Below, one piece after another: positions 50,983 to 64,000 of a DNA stretch of 64,000 nt (positions are counted from its first letter, which is position 1; the number at the start of each line of letters is the position of its first letter). Position numbers and translations under genes: made by a program. The DNA is taken from assembly GCA_964016885.1 (NCBI GenBank), contig OZ024740.1:50840001-50904000 (forward strand), in the 5' to 3' direction. The DNA is from Eledone cirrhosa. Lineage: Eukaryota. The notes beneath the pieces were generated by a model. The model did no database searches, was not told where the DNA came from, and saw only the letters and a list, made by a program, of their open reading frames with translations.

Positions 50983-51336
50983 CTACCCATGTATCTATCT
51001 GTCTGTCTGACTGTCTGTTGATCCAGTCATCCACTCACCTACACACAAACCCATCTACCCATCTATCTATCTACCCATGTATCTATCTGTCTGTCTGACT
51101 GTCTGTTGATCCAGTCATCCACTCACCTACACACAAACCCATCTACCCATCTATCTATCTACCCATGTATCTATCTGTCTGTCTGACTGTCTGTTGATCC
51201 AGTCATCCACTCACCTACACACAAACCCATCCAAACATCTATCTATCTACCCATGTATCTATCTGTCTGTCTGACTGTCTGTTGATCCAGTCATCCACTC
51301 ACCTACACACAAACCCATCCAAACATCTATCTATCC
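50983..51336. repeat. 88-bp tandem repeat, 4 copies, grown from the LINE tail
   Basis: Units start at 50983, 51071, 51159 and 51247. Confidence 0.9.
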
Positions 51337-51749
51337 CAATAAACATCTTTATCATAATAATAATTGCCTCACAGCTCTACTCATTTACTTTTTAACAGAA
51401 TGACTAACAAGATCACAGTTATCTCTACTTTCCATGCTGGTATGGGTTAGATAGACTGTCACATTCTGATATTTGACAAGTCACATGATCACACCTTGCT
51501 CGTACATTCCATTTTGGTATGGTTTCTACAGTTTGATGCCTTTCCTGTAGTCGACTACTTTACAACATGTGTTGGGCACATTTTATTGTGGCACCAGCTC
51601 TACCATCTCATAGATTGGGCTGGGTGCATTTTATTGTGGCACCAACACTACCACTTTTCAATACTAAGATGCTTGTTGTATCCCCAGGCAGGCTGGGAAA
51701 GACTGTTATGATGGTGATGATGTAAGATAAGAGTAGAAAACATTACCAG

Positions 51750-52830
51750 CAGCCACAACAACCACAATAAACAACATCAATAACAACAAGATTTCTTTCA
51801 TATCTACAGCTAAAAAAAAAAGGCCTGAGCTCTTCAAAATCTTCTTGTCCAACAAGGTTCATGTGGCTAAATTGGTCTAAATGGAGAGGAGAAGAGTCTA
51901 ATTTATAATCCCATCTAAGGTATTGGCAGCAACTGCCAGAAAAAGTGTTGTGTTGCTGTGTGTCAGTAAAAGTCCGACACCCAGAAGCAACACTACAAGC
52001 CCATATTGGAAGAGTCTTAACGAAAATATGTCCCGATGAAGAATATGCTATATGGTCAAAGCAATTTGGGTACATGGAAGTCCTTTTCAGAAGTAAAGTC
52101 CTTACCCTAATACATTCTAAGGTTCGCTGTCTTAGCAACAATTATGTTCTTTTTCCATCTGCTGTGAGCACCATGGGTGCAGGGCACACTATGTCTGTTG
52201 AGACATGTGCTGAGGTTGTGACATTTGCTAACATTCCTAGACAGTGAACAGGTATGGTTTTTCTTTGTCAGGTGGATCTTTCCACAGCTCATCTTTTTGA
52301 CTGAGCTGCGACCTTGGGTCAAGTTACGACAGAGACTGGGTGCCTGGCATTTGGAATATTGTCAACCACTCAGAGCCATCTACCAGTTGGGCTGTGTGTT
52401 TCTGTGGAAATCCTATGTTAGCATTCTATAAAAGGCTAATGATGGCCAGTAGCAATGATGTTGTTAGGGGAACTCTAGGCTTTGAGTTTTGTTGAACAAC
52501 TGTTGTCACATGTAGAGCAAATCCAGCTATTGACTGAGTCCATCATAAAGATCATTCTGCTGTCTTCTTTGGGTTTGGAAGGGCATGTAGTTTTCTTCTG
52601 TCTGGTGGCCATGGTAAAAGAGGTTGTGTGGTGGATGTGGGTGATAGGGCTATGATATATTTGTGGTGTTTTCTACAAGTAGACATTCAAAGTCTCATCC
52701 CTATCTGCTAATTTTTGATAATTTTCATTTTATTGTTATCCATTTTGTTTTTGTTTTTGTTATTTTGCTATCTACATGTTTTCCATGTAAACCGACCCTG
52801 TATCATCCTGAACCATATTTGATGTTTATG
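51750..52830 (+). mobile_element. Old internally deleted Tx1-group LINE
   Basis: ORF1-like NNNKISFISTAKK and QFGYMEVLF..YVLFPS, joined to ORF2 remnants LTELRPWVK..LGAWH. Confidence 0.65.
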
Positions 52831-53482
52831 TAAACGCTTAATTCTGCCAAGGTCAACTTTGCCTATCATCCTTCAGGGGTTGATAAAATAAATTAATAAC
52901 CAAATACTGGGGTCAACAAAATCAATTGCACCCTCCCCACAAACTGTTGGTTGGCCTTGTGTATAAATTAGAAAATATCATTTCTTTGAGTATTATACAA
53001 AATGCCATCAGTGTTTAGTTACTGTTCTAGACTTCGACATCCATCCTTCAAAGGTCAATAAAATAAAGTACCAGTCAAATATTGGGGTCAAGATCATCAA
53101 CAGCATCACAACCCATTAAGTCCTTGACTTAGTGACAGTTAGAAATTATTATCGTTATTATTGTTATTGTTGTTATTGTCATCATAGTCAACCTCTTTCT
53201 CCCCCCTCCCCCTCCACCTCCTCCTCCTCCTCCTCATCATCATCATCATCATCATCATCATGATTTTACTAATCTGTGTCAAGCAGAATAATTACATTGT
53301 TTTACATTCTGAGCTGAAATCCTGCTGAGACCAACGTTTCACTTCCTATTTTCCAGGGTCAATAAAGTAGTAGCCAAGTACTGGGTCAATGAATACATTG
53401 ACTACACCCTATGTTCTCCAAATTTATGGCTTTGTGCTGATGTCAAAAGTCAATTTAATTATCATCATGATCTTCCTCAAAT

Positions 53483-53690
53483 ACTCCTCCTCCTCCTCCT
53501 CCTCCTCCTCCTCCTCCTACTACTACTACTACTACTACTGCTACTACTACTGCTACTACTACTACTACTACTACTACTACCATCACCACCATCACCAACA
53601 CCACCATTACCACCACTATCACTGCTACTACTACTACTACAACAACTACTACTAATAATAATAATAGTAATAATAATAATAATAATAATG
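53483..53690. repeat. Compound triplet microsatellite (CCT/CTA/CCA/TAA)
   Basis: Direct reading. Confidence 0.9.
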
Positions 53691-54045
53691 ATTTCATTTA
53701 TTAGCCACAAGGGCCGACATGTAGGGGACAATACAAAGACAGGGACAGTGGGGGGTTACAATAAGGTCGAGTAAAAGCGCACAATGGCAAGACTAATTTA
53801 ACAATGAAGATATAAAAATATCAAATAAACTATGCATAAATATAACAAAATAAATTCCCCTATAGGGGGTGGACGGCCCAGGAGTGACTCAGGTACCCCA
53901 CCAATCCTGAACCACCCTGCGCTTCTAGGGCACCCAGGGAGAGCACCCCTCTCCTCAAGTTAGCTTGCCTATAGGCGCATGGTCAGAGTAGGCCCATTCA
54001 CATGGGCTATTCTTGCCACATTCATCCACCTTTTAGCAAATGTAA
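53690..54045 (-). mobile_element. Tx1-group 3' end
   Basis: FAKRWMNVARIAHVNGPTLTMRL followed by 3'UTR and (TTA)n. Confidence 0.75.
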
Positions 54046-54224
54046 TGATAATAATGATGATGATGATAATGATGATGATGATGATGATGATGTAAATGAT
54101 GATAATTGTTTCTACTTTAAGCACAAGGCCAACAGTTTTCAGGGAGGGGAACGTCAATTAAATCGACTCCAATGCATTAGGAAAAGTGATTCACTGGCAA
54201 TTATGCAAACTGAACAAATAACCT

Positions 54225-54650
54225 AATTCTGAGAATAGGGTGAAGTTTCTGTGAGATTTCAGGATACAAACGGATTAGAACACAATAGACCTGACCTGGT
54301 GGTTTTTGACAAGGAAAAAGATCTTTGACACAAGAGTGCAAGAAAAGGAGAAGGAGAAAATTAGCCAAAACCAGGATCTAAAGTGGGAACTGAAAACGAT
54401 TTGGAACTGTCATGAGTTCAAGGTCGTCCTCATCATCATAGGAGCACTAGTTACTATCTTGAAGAGTTTCCAAGCCTGGTTCAAGAACATTAGCCCAGCC
54501 CTCTTTTGTGGAACACTCCAGAAGGCATACCTACTAGGAACAGCAAGGACCTTCCAATGTCTTGAATATCTGAGACTGCAGGTAGCGGCTTGATGTTCAT
54601 TAGGGAAAATATTCTGGTTAAATAACATCAATGACTGAGATATCAAAGTA
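54225..54650 (+). mobile_element. R4/Dong 3' fragment
   Basis: HNRPDLV..QDLKWELKTIW..IIIGAL..LQKAYLLGTAR. Confidence 0.8.
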
Positions 54651-56214
54651 ATAATAATTGTTTCTACTTTTGGCACAAGGCCAGCAATTACCCAGTACAT
54701 TACTGGTACTTTATTTTATCGACTCCGTAAGGATGAAAGACAAAGTTAACCTCGACGGGATTTGAACTCAGACCGTAAAGGGACGTAACTATGCTAGAAA
54801 GCATGGCGTCCAACCCTCTACTGATAATAATAATGGTTTCTGGTTAAGGCACAAGGCCAACAATTTTGGGGGAAGCGGAGTTTACCCCCAGTGCGTTACT
54901 GGTACTTTATTTTATGATGAAAACCAAAGCTAATCTCAGCAGGATTTGAATACAGAACATAAAGGGAGCTCAAATCCTGTTGAAGTTAACTTTGCCTTTT
55001 ATCTTGAGAGAGATGATAAAATAATGTACTAGTAATACACCGGAGTTGATTTAATTGATCCCCACCCTCCTGAAAATTGCTGGGCTTGTGCCAAATGTAA
55101 AAACAATTATCATTATAATTATTATTTATAGCATTGGCACAAATCCAGCAATTTTGGGGGAAGAGAAAAGTTGATTAAATCGTCCACAGTATGTGACTAA
55201 TACTGTATTTTATTGACCCTGAAAGGATGAAAGGCAAAGTTGACCTCAGCGAGATTTGAACTCTTTTACATTATGAGTTCGAATCCCACTGAGATCAACT
55301 TTACCTTTCATCCTTCCAGAGTCAATAAAATAAAGGAACAGTTACGTACTGGATTAATATAATTGATTTCACTCTTCCCTCCCTCTGTTCTCCAAATTGC
55401 TGGCCTTGTGTCTAAATAAAAAATAATTATAATTTCTTTAATTGGCCACAAGAGCCCAAGACATTGAGGACGATACAAGACAAAGGAATATAACAGGGTG
55501 GGGTTTAAATTGAGTGAAGGAAAGGGGACATCACTAAAGAGAAAACAATAGGGATAACAATAATGAAAATTGTGATAAATACACATAACAATAGAAATCA
55601 ATAACAAAAGTCAACAAAGTACAGTTCCCTAGTAGTAGGGAGAACTGCACTTTAAGGTAATTCCAGGAAGAATCCCACATAAAACCCTGGATTATTCTGT
55701 TGCCTCATGGGCATTGAAAATACCCTCCCCCAGTTTCCTTGCTCCTGCTTACAAAAGCATTGTCAGAGTAGGACCCTCGTTAATCTCGCTACTCACACCT
55801 AACTTTCATAAAACACACAAAACCACAACAATAATGATAATTGTTTCTACTTTTGGCACAAGGCTAGCCAAACCCAGTACATTACTGGTACTTTATTTTA
55901 TCGACCTCGTAAGGATGTCGTAAGGATGAAAGGCAAAGTTAACCTCGGCAGGATTTGAACTCAGACCATAAAGGGGCATAACTCTATGCTGGAAAGCACA
56001 GCATCTGACCCTCTACCGATACTGCCAATTCACCGCCAATAATGTTTCTACTTTTGGCACAAGGCCAGCAATTACCGCAGTGCATTACTGGTGCTTTATT
56101 TTATCGACCCTGTAAGGATAAAAGGCAAAGCTAACCTTGATGGGATTTGAACTCAGAACGTAAAGGGCCATAACTCTATGCTGCAAAGCATGGTGTCTGA
56201 TGCTAATACTAGTC

Positions 56215-59200
56215 TCTTCTTTGAATTCTTTACATACAATAATTTGGTATGGTATATAAAGAATCCAAAGGAGAGATTGATGGCAGGAGTAAGAAAGATA
56301 GGTCCTAAACAGTGATGAAGCAAAGGAAAAGGTAGAATTTAAACAAAACACACAGAATGACACCTTGAATAGATGGAAGAAAAAAATGTATAGTCAATCT
56401 CTTGCATGAAATACCTGAGACAATTGACAAAATTAAGAACTAGGAATGGACTAGGAAAAATGACATGAAAGTTGAAACTGAAGCCCTTATTTTTGTAACC
56501 CAGGAGCAGGCACTGAGAATATAACAAGTTAAATATTGACTAGTCAGTGAATTCCCCATTTTGTAGGTTGTGTGGTGAGAAAGGTGAAACAATAGACCAT
56601 GTTATTAGTGAATGTAAGATGCTGAGAAAGAGTAGAAGAGAAGGTACAGCAACATGGCCAGATTTGTTCACTGGAGGCTGTCATAAATATGACAGGAGCA
56701 GAAGTGAGGAATGGTATAAACACCAACCTGAAAGGTGGCTGCTAGTGAACAGTGTAAGATATTCTGGGACATGACCATTCAGTGTGACCTTTTATTGTAG
56801 CTAGAAAACCTGGCATTGTTGTCGTAGAAAAGAAGAATAACAAGGCATGTATTATGGATATTGTTTCACCATGGGACCACAGGGTGAATGACAAAGAAAG
56901 TGAGAAAGTTGAGAAATACCAGGAGCTGAAGAGGGAAATCAAGAAACTTTGGAGAATCAGGCAGTGGCACCAATTGTGGGTGGTGCACTGGGAGCAGTTA
57001 GTAAAAGGTTAGACATGCAGAAGTGGCACCAATTGTGGGTGGTGCACTGGGAGCAGTTAGTAAAAGGTTAGACATGCAGAAGTGGCACCAATTGTGGCTG
57101 GTGCACTGGGAGCAGTTAGTAAAAGGTTAGACATGCAGAAGTGGCACCAATTGTGGGTGGTGCACTGGGAGCAGTTAGTAAAAGGTTAGACATGCAGAAA
57201 TGGCACCAATTGTGGCTGGTGCACTGGGAGCAGTTAGTAAAAGGTTAGACATGCAGAAGTGGCACCAATTGTGGCTGGTGCACTGGGAGCAGTTAGTAAA
57301 AGGTTAGACATGCAGAAGTGGCACCAATTGTGGGTGGTGCACTGGGAGCAGTTAGTAAAAGGTTAGACATGCAGAAATGGCACCAATTGTGGCTGGTGCA
57401 CTGGGAGCAGTTAGTAAAAGGTTAGACATGCAGAAGTGGCACCAATTGTGGCTGGTGCACTGGGAGCAGTTAGTAAAAGGTTAGACATGCAGAAGTGGCA
57501 CCAATTGTGGCTGGTGCACTGGGAGCAGTTAGTAAAAGGTTAGACATGCAGAAGTGGCACCAATTGTGGATGGTGCACTGGGAGCGGTTAGTAAAAGGTT
57601 AGACATGCAGAAGTGGCACCAATTGTGGCTGGTGCACTGGGAGCAGTTAGTAAAAGGTTAGACATGCAGAAATGGCACCAATTGTGGCTGGTGCACTGGG
57701 AGCAGTTAGTAAAAGGTTAGACATGCAGAAGTGGCACCAATTGTGGCTGGTGCACTGGGAACAGTTAGTAAAAGGTTAGACATGCAGAAGTGGCACCAAT
57801 TGTGGGTGGTGCACTGGGAGCAGTTAGTAAAAGGTTAGACATGCAGAAATGGCACCAATTGTGGCTGGTGCACTGGGAGCAGTTAGTAAAAGGTTAGACA
57901 TGCAGAAGTGGCACCAATTGTGGCTGGTGCACTGGGAGCAGTTAGTAAAAGGTTAGACATGCAGAAGTGGCACCAATTGTGGCTGGTGCACTGGGAGCAG
58001 TTAGTAAAAGGTTAGACATGCAGAAATGGCACCAATTGTGGATGGTGCACTGGGAGCAGTTAGTAAAAGGTTAGACATGCAGAAATGGCACCAATTGTGG
58101 CTGGTGCACTGGGAGCAGTTAGTAAAAGGTTAGACATGCAGAAGTGGCACCAATTGTGGCTGGTGCACTGGGAGCAGTTAGTAAAAGGTTAGACATGCAG
58201 AAGTGGCACCAATTGTGGGTGGTGCACTGGGAGCAGTTAGTAAAAGGTTAGACATGCAGAAGTGGAACCAATTGTGGCTGGTGCACTGGGAGCAGTTAGT
58301 AAAAGGTTAGACATGCAGAAGTGGAACCAATTGTGGCTGGTGCACTGGGAGCAGTTAGTAAAAGGTTAGACATGCAGAAGTGGCACCAATTGTGGCTGGT
58401 GCACTGGGAGCAGTTAGTAAAAGGTTAGACATGCAGAAGTGGCACCAATTGTGGATGGTGCACTGGGAGCAGTTAGTAAAAGGTTAGACATGCAGAAGTG
58501 GCACCAATTGTGGATGGTGCATTGGGAGCAGTTAGTAAAAGGTTAGACATGCAGAAGTGGCACCAATTGTGGCTGGTGCACTGGGAGCAGTTAGTAAAAG
58601 GTTAGACATGCAGAAATGGCACCAATTGTGGGTGGTGCACTGGGAGCAGTTAGTAAAAGGTTAGACATGCAGAAGTGGCACCAATTGTGGGTGGTGCACT
58701 GGGAGCAGTTAGTAAAAGGTTAGACATGCAGAAGTGGCACCAATTGTGGATGGTGCACTGGGAGCAGTTAGTAAAAGGTTAGACATGCAGAAATGGCACC
58801 AATTGTGGGTGGTGCACTGGGAGCAGTTAGTAAAAGGTTAGACATGCAGAAGTGGCACCAATTGTGGCTGGTGCACTGGGAGCAGTTAGTAAAAGGTTAG
58901 ACATGCAGAAGTGGAACCAATTGTGGCTGGTGCACTGGGAGCAGTTAGTAAAAGGTTAGACATGCAGAAGTGGCACCAATTGTGGCTGGTGCACTGGGAG
59001 CAGTTAGTAAAAGGTTAGACATGCAGAAGTGGCACCAATTGTGGCTGGTGCACTGGGAGCAGTTAGTAAAAGGTTAGACATGCAGAAGTGGCACCAATTG
59101 TGGATGGTGCACTGGGAGCAGTTAGTAAAAGGTTAGACATGCAGAAGTGGCACCAATTGTGGATGGTGCATTGGGAGCAGTTAGTAAAAGGTTAGACATG

Positions 59201-59800
59201 CAGAAGTGGCACCAATTGTGGATGGTGCACTGGGAGCAGTTAGTAAAAGGTTAGACATGCAGAAATGGCACCAATTGTGGGTGGTGCACTGGGAGCAGTT
59301 AGTAAAAGGTTAGACATGCAGAAGTGGCACCAATTGTGGGTGGTGCACTGGGAGCAGTTAGTAAAAGGTTAGACATGCAGAAGTGGCACCAATTGTGGAT
59401 GGTGCACTGGGAGCAGTTAGTAAAAGGTTAGACATGCATAAATGGCACCAATTGTGGGTGGTGCACTGGGAGCAGTTAGTAAAAGGTTAGACATGCAGAA
59501 ATGGCACCAATTGTGGGTGGTGCACTGGGAGCAGTTAGTAAAAGGTTAGACATGCAGAAATGGCACCAATTGTGGGTGGTGCACTGGGAGCAGTTAGTAA
59601 AAGGTTAGGTGCATGATTTGAGAAGCTAGGAATTATCATCAAGATGGGATTGTTGCAGGAAACAGCCTTGCTGGGAATAGCAAGGATTCTAAGAGGGATG
59701 TTAGAAAGTTGAAGGAGAAGGAATGAGCCAAAGGCTATGGCTCACTCTTTTGATATATTGTTGGTATAACATCTGCCAGAGCAAAATCATTACAAATGAT
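56215..59800 (+). mobile_element. R4/Dong 3' fragment containing a satellite expansion
   Basis: CRLCGEKGETIDHVISEC, ARKPGIV, KYQELKREI before the array; LQETALLGIARILR after it. Confidence 0.85.
56963..59608. repeat. 59-bp satellite, about 45 copies
   Basis: Unit AGTGGCACCAATTGTGGCTGGTGCACTGGGAGCAGTTAGTAAAAGGTTAGACATGCAGA; shifts one base per 60-nt line. Confidence 0.97.
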
Positions 59801-60026
59801 AATAATAATAATTGTTTCTACTTTAGGCACAAGGCCAGCAATTTGAAGGGGAGGGGAAAGTCAATTAAACAACCCCAGTGCATTACCGGTGCTTTATTTA
59901 TCGACCCCATAAGGATGAAAGGCAAAGCTAAACTTGGCAGGATTTGAACTTAGAACGTAAAAGGCCGCAACTCTAGGCCACACAGCATGTTGTCCGATGT
60001 TCAACCAATACTGCCAATTCACCGTC

Positions 60027-62400
60027 AATAATAATAATAATAATAATAACAATAATAATAATAATAATGATTTCTTTATTAACCACAAGGGTTTACACAA
60101 AGTAGACATTAAGGACAGTACAGGACAATACAGGACGGTACAAATGGGCATTTCTGCATCTAAAAAAACAAAAAAAACAGAGGATGTAATAAAAGAACAA
60201 TAAAAAATTCCCCAATAGGGGGGAGACTTCCGAAGGCCATCGTGGAGAAAGCCCATTAAAAAAGCCACGGTGACCCTGACCACCAGGGCAATTGTCCTCT
60301 CCCAGTTTTCCACTTTCAATTTACAGGCATATACTCACTCGGGCCATTCTTGCCTCTCTCACCCATCTTTCAAGAAAAAGCTGGGAAGAGAGCACCTCCC
60401 TCTCTACCCTGATTTTCCTTTTCAAATGAAATTGGAAAAAGTTAATCAGGGCATCACCGAAGAGGTAAGTGCTCGTCTTCAGCCCTTTCAGACGCGTCCA
60501 CCATACTATCTCTTTCGCCATGGCCACCAGACAGATAAAAACTGCCTGCCCTTTCTGGCTAAAGGAAGAGGGCGGGGCAATCCTCACGATGGACTCAGCT
60601 GATAGTCGGATCCGTTCTACACGCGACAGCAGGTGTTCGACATAAACCCACAAGTCAGCAATGCTCGGACACTGGACGAGTGCATGCAGGACGGTTTCGT
60701 CACCCTGCGCGCATCTTGGACATACCCGGCTGACGGCACCTCCATGCCTGTAGAGTTTATCCCGAACTGGCAAAGCTCCTTGGTAGCACTGCCAGGCCAG
60801 GGATTTCTGGAAGTTGTCCATAGGCCCCGGCCCGAAAGTTCTTCCAAAGAGATTGGCTAGTTGATTTTCGTCGACGCCTAGAGTTTCCCCAAGTACGTCG
60901 TCGCTCTTCCCCTCCACTAATCTTCTATAGAACGCCAAGGTGGAGTTTCCACCGATCACATTGCCCGATTGGTCAAGGGCTGTGAGCGCCTGAAGACATT
61001 CCAGTTTCCAAGTGCTCCCTCTTGGTCTTCGCTTGACCCAGGACTGCAGCTACGTCAAAGAGATGAGCTGGGGAAAAAACGCATCTAGCAAACGGTGACC
61101 ACACCTGATCACCGTCGAGGAAGAGGTGGAGATGTCGTAGCCTGAGCGCGTGTCTGCGCATCATTAGCCACGGCATGCCCAGCCCTCCATGTAGAGGGTG
61201 TTGACAGCAGATGGACCGCCTGACCATCGGAGCGCGTCCCTTCCACAAAAAGCGAAAGAGCAAACGCTCCAGCGCAGTCAGGCGAGGCTTAGGACAAGGC
61301 ACGACAGTCAGGCAGTAGTAGATGACGGACGCGATGTACGTGTTAGCCACCTCCGCTCGACCTTTCAGGGATAGCTTCCTCTCCGCCCATTTCTGGGTGA
61401 GAGAAGCCACCCTGCTCGTCACCTCGTCCCAGTTTTTGTCCATCTGGAGGTCCGGACCGAACCAGACCCCTAACAATTTAACTGGTCCATCCATCCAGCA
61501 CCCGACGACGCCATTGGACGGCATGGACCTGCCTCTCGAGGTGCCGAGCTGCAGGCCCACTGACTTTTCCTGGTTGATCATTGCTCCTGTCACCGCTTCG
61601 TATTCTCTTAGTGTAGTGCCGATCGCCTTGATGTGTTTGGCATTCGACACCACTACGGTGACATCGTCCGCATATGCTGACATGGATCTTCTGCATCCTA
61701 GTTCGCGCGGCACCTCCTCAACGTCTCCAGTTTGTGCAGTAATGGTTCAAGAGTCAACACGTACAAGAGGGACGAGAGGGGACATCCTTGGCAGACCGAG
61801 CGCATGATGTTGAACGGTTCCGAAAGGTTAACGTTCACTCTCACCACAGAGCAGATGTCGCTGTGCATGGTAGCAATCCAGCCTCTGAAGACGGGCCCAA
61901 AGCCAGCCGCCCTCAGGACTGCCACCAGATAACGATCGTTGACCCTATCGAAAGCTTTCGACTGATCTAAATTGATGAAGGACCCACCCGTTCCAGGTTC
62001 CCTAGCTCCTCTCCACGATGTATCGCATGAAGTGGAGGTTGTCATGGATGGATCTGTCGGGAATGGCGCATGTCTGCGCCTCTCCTATCAGTCTACCAAC
62101 GACAAGCGCCAACCTCTTTGCTAGCACCTTGGCCAAAATCTTGAACTCTGTGTTTAGAAGAGTTATGGGCCTGAAATTATCTATGTTATCCCCCTTATTC
62201 GGATCCTTTTTCAGCAGCGCCACCGCTCCTTGGCTCACAGAGCTGGGAATTCTCCCGTTCTGTTGCCAGTTGCAGTAGATGTCTGCCAAGAGGCTTCCAA
62301 ACAAGTCTGGCATCTGTACGTAAAGTTCATAGGGCAGACCATCCAAACCAGGCGATTTACCCTTTGTGCAGCCAGTCATTGCCTCCCATACTTCAGGTGC
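60027..62400 (-). mobile_element. Tx1-group LINE, 5'-truncated, (TTA)n tail
   Basis: KSPGLDG, DQSKAFDRV, QGCPLS, YADD and CPRC motifs in frameshifted ORFs. Confidence 0.93.
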
Positions 62401-62664
62401 TGTTAGATGAATAGATTGATTAAAAAGTGAAATCTATCTATAAACAGTTATCTGGAGTGAGTAGTAGATATGTTAACCTAATCCAGCTCTTCTATTTTTA
62501 CATGTAACTTCAGTTGCAGTACGGTAGCTTTGCTTGTGCTAAAAAGAACCAGTTAGCAGGAAGCTCATTCAACTATGTTACGGCCACAAGTACACCTACA
62601 TATATCACAGCATTTACATTCCACACAATCTTTGAAATAGCAATAACTACAACTATAACAGTAT

Positions 62665-62796
62665 TAATAATGATGAAAATGATGATAATGAAAATGTTGA
62701 TGATGATGATAATGGTGGTGGTGGTGATGGTGGTGGTGGTGGTGGTGATGATGATAATGATGGTAGTGGTGATGATGATGATAATGATGGTAGTGG

Positions 62797-62827
<31 letters not shown>

Positions 62828-62946
62828 GGTGGCGGTGATGGTGGTGGTGGTGGTGGTGGTGGTGGTGATGATAATGATGGTAGTGGTGATGATGATGATG
62901 GTGGTAGTGGTGGTGGTGGTGATGATGATGATAATGATCGTAGTGG

Positions 62947-62977
<31 letters not shown>

Positions 62978-63015
62978 GGTGGTGGTGGTGATAATGATAA
63001 AGATGAAGGTGATGA
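62665..63015. repeat. (GAT)/(GGT) compound microsatellite
   Basis: Direct reading. Confidence 0.9.
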
Positions 63016-63585
63016 AGAGGAGATTTCTAATTTAGGCACAAAGCCAACAATTTGTGGGGAGGAGGAACGCTAATCACATCAACCCCAGTATGTGACTAGT
63101 ACTTTATTTTATCGATCCCGGAAGGATGAAAGGCAAAGTTGACCTTGGCAAGACTTGAACTCAGAATATAAAAGGTCCATGATAATAATAAAAACAAGTG
63201 TTTGTAACATAGACATCATCATTATTTTACATTTGAGCGGTGGATTGGCAGCATCGGTAGAGGGTCGGACACCATGCTTTGACGCATAGAGTTACGGCTC
63301 TTGCCATTCTGAGTTCAAATCCCGCCGAGGTTAACTTTGCTTTCATCCTTACGGGGTCGATAAAATAAAGTACCAGTAATGCACTGGGTAATTTCTGGCC
63401 TTGTGCCAATAGTAGAAACAATTATTTTACATTTGAGCTGTCTTATTCAGAGTTCCAGTTCTCCCAGACAGGTTAGAGAAACAATGTAGTGTTTGTACCT
63501 TCCAATTTTTGGCATAGTTTCTATAGCTGGATTACTTTCTTAACATCAACCATATTATCATGGCACCAACTCTCAATAGGATGCC

Positions 63586-63801
63586 TTAACCCTTTAGCAT
63601 TTAAACTGGTTGTATCCGGCCAGAATTCTCTCACCACTTTCTGTTCAAACCGGCCGTAACTAGCCACTCATACCGGTGTTAAGGTATTGTTCTCAAAATA
63701 AATAATAATAAAATCTCATAGATTCGATATTATGTGAGGTAAAGCCGTTACTGCAACAATACAATAGTAAATATAGAGTGATGTAAATGCTAAAGGGTTA
63801 A
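63586..63801. mobile_element. piggyBac-type MITE
   Basis: TTAA flanks and CCCTTTAGCATTTA TIRs. Confidence 0.88.
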
Positions 63802-64000
63802 ACATACATGTCAAAAAAGAGTTTTCACCACAGTATGTCACCTCTATTTTTTTTTCAATTCAAAAGTGGGAGGAATGACTATAAGGTTAGATAAAGAAAG
63901 AGTATGAAGAGGAGTTGAAGACAGAATTTGGGAGGCTGTGTTGATCAATTATATAGATTCCAGTGCTTATTTAGTATTTTATTTTATTAACCTTGGGAGG

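Noticed and set aside
56963-59608. CRISPR-like array
   Set aside because: Contiguous tandem units with no unique spacers, no cas genes, eukaryotic context.
62514-63039. Met/Val-rich or Pro/Ser-rich ORFs
   Set aside because: Triplet microsatellite; the same applies to ORFs at 5486-5847, 34564-35046, 44959-45332 and 53389-53731.

Overview
AT-rich, microsatellite- and retroelement-dense eukaryotic DNA. The repeat make-up suggests an octopus or other coleoid cephalopod (inference). No intact host gene is visible. Most of the window is non-LTR retroelements: a near full-length Tx1/L1-group LINE at 45.4-50.9 kb plus fragments, RTE copies, a decayed R4/Dong element, and CRE- and Vingi-like scraps. 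It also holds tRNA-derived SINEs, TTAA-flanked piggyBac-type MITEs, two non-autonomous Helitrons and satellites grown out of LINE sequence. Hand translation of the unique DNA between the repeats gives a collinear minus-strand series of stop- and frameshift-ridden fragments (33.6 to 4.7 kb). They read as S1-S6, C-linker and cyclic-nucleotide-binding segments in about four cycles, consistent with a fossil four-repeat CNGK-like channel gene. Several foldback elements carry minimal hammerhead-like motifs, and a short RTE-derived element carries an HDV-like ribozyme motif. All protein and ribozyme assignments are by-eye motif matches; no searches were run.
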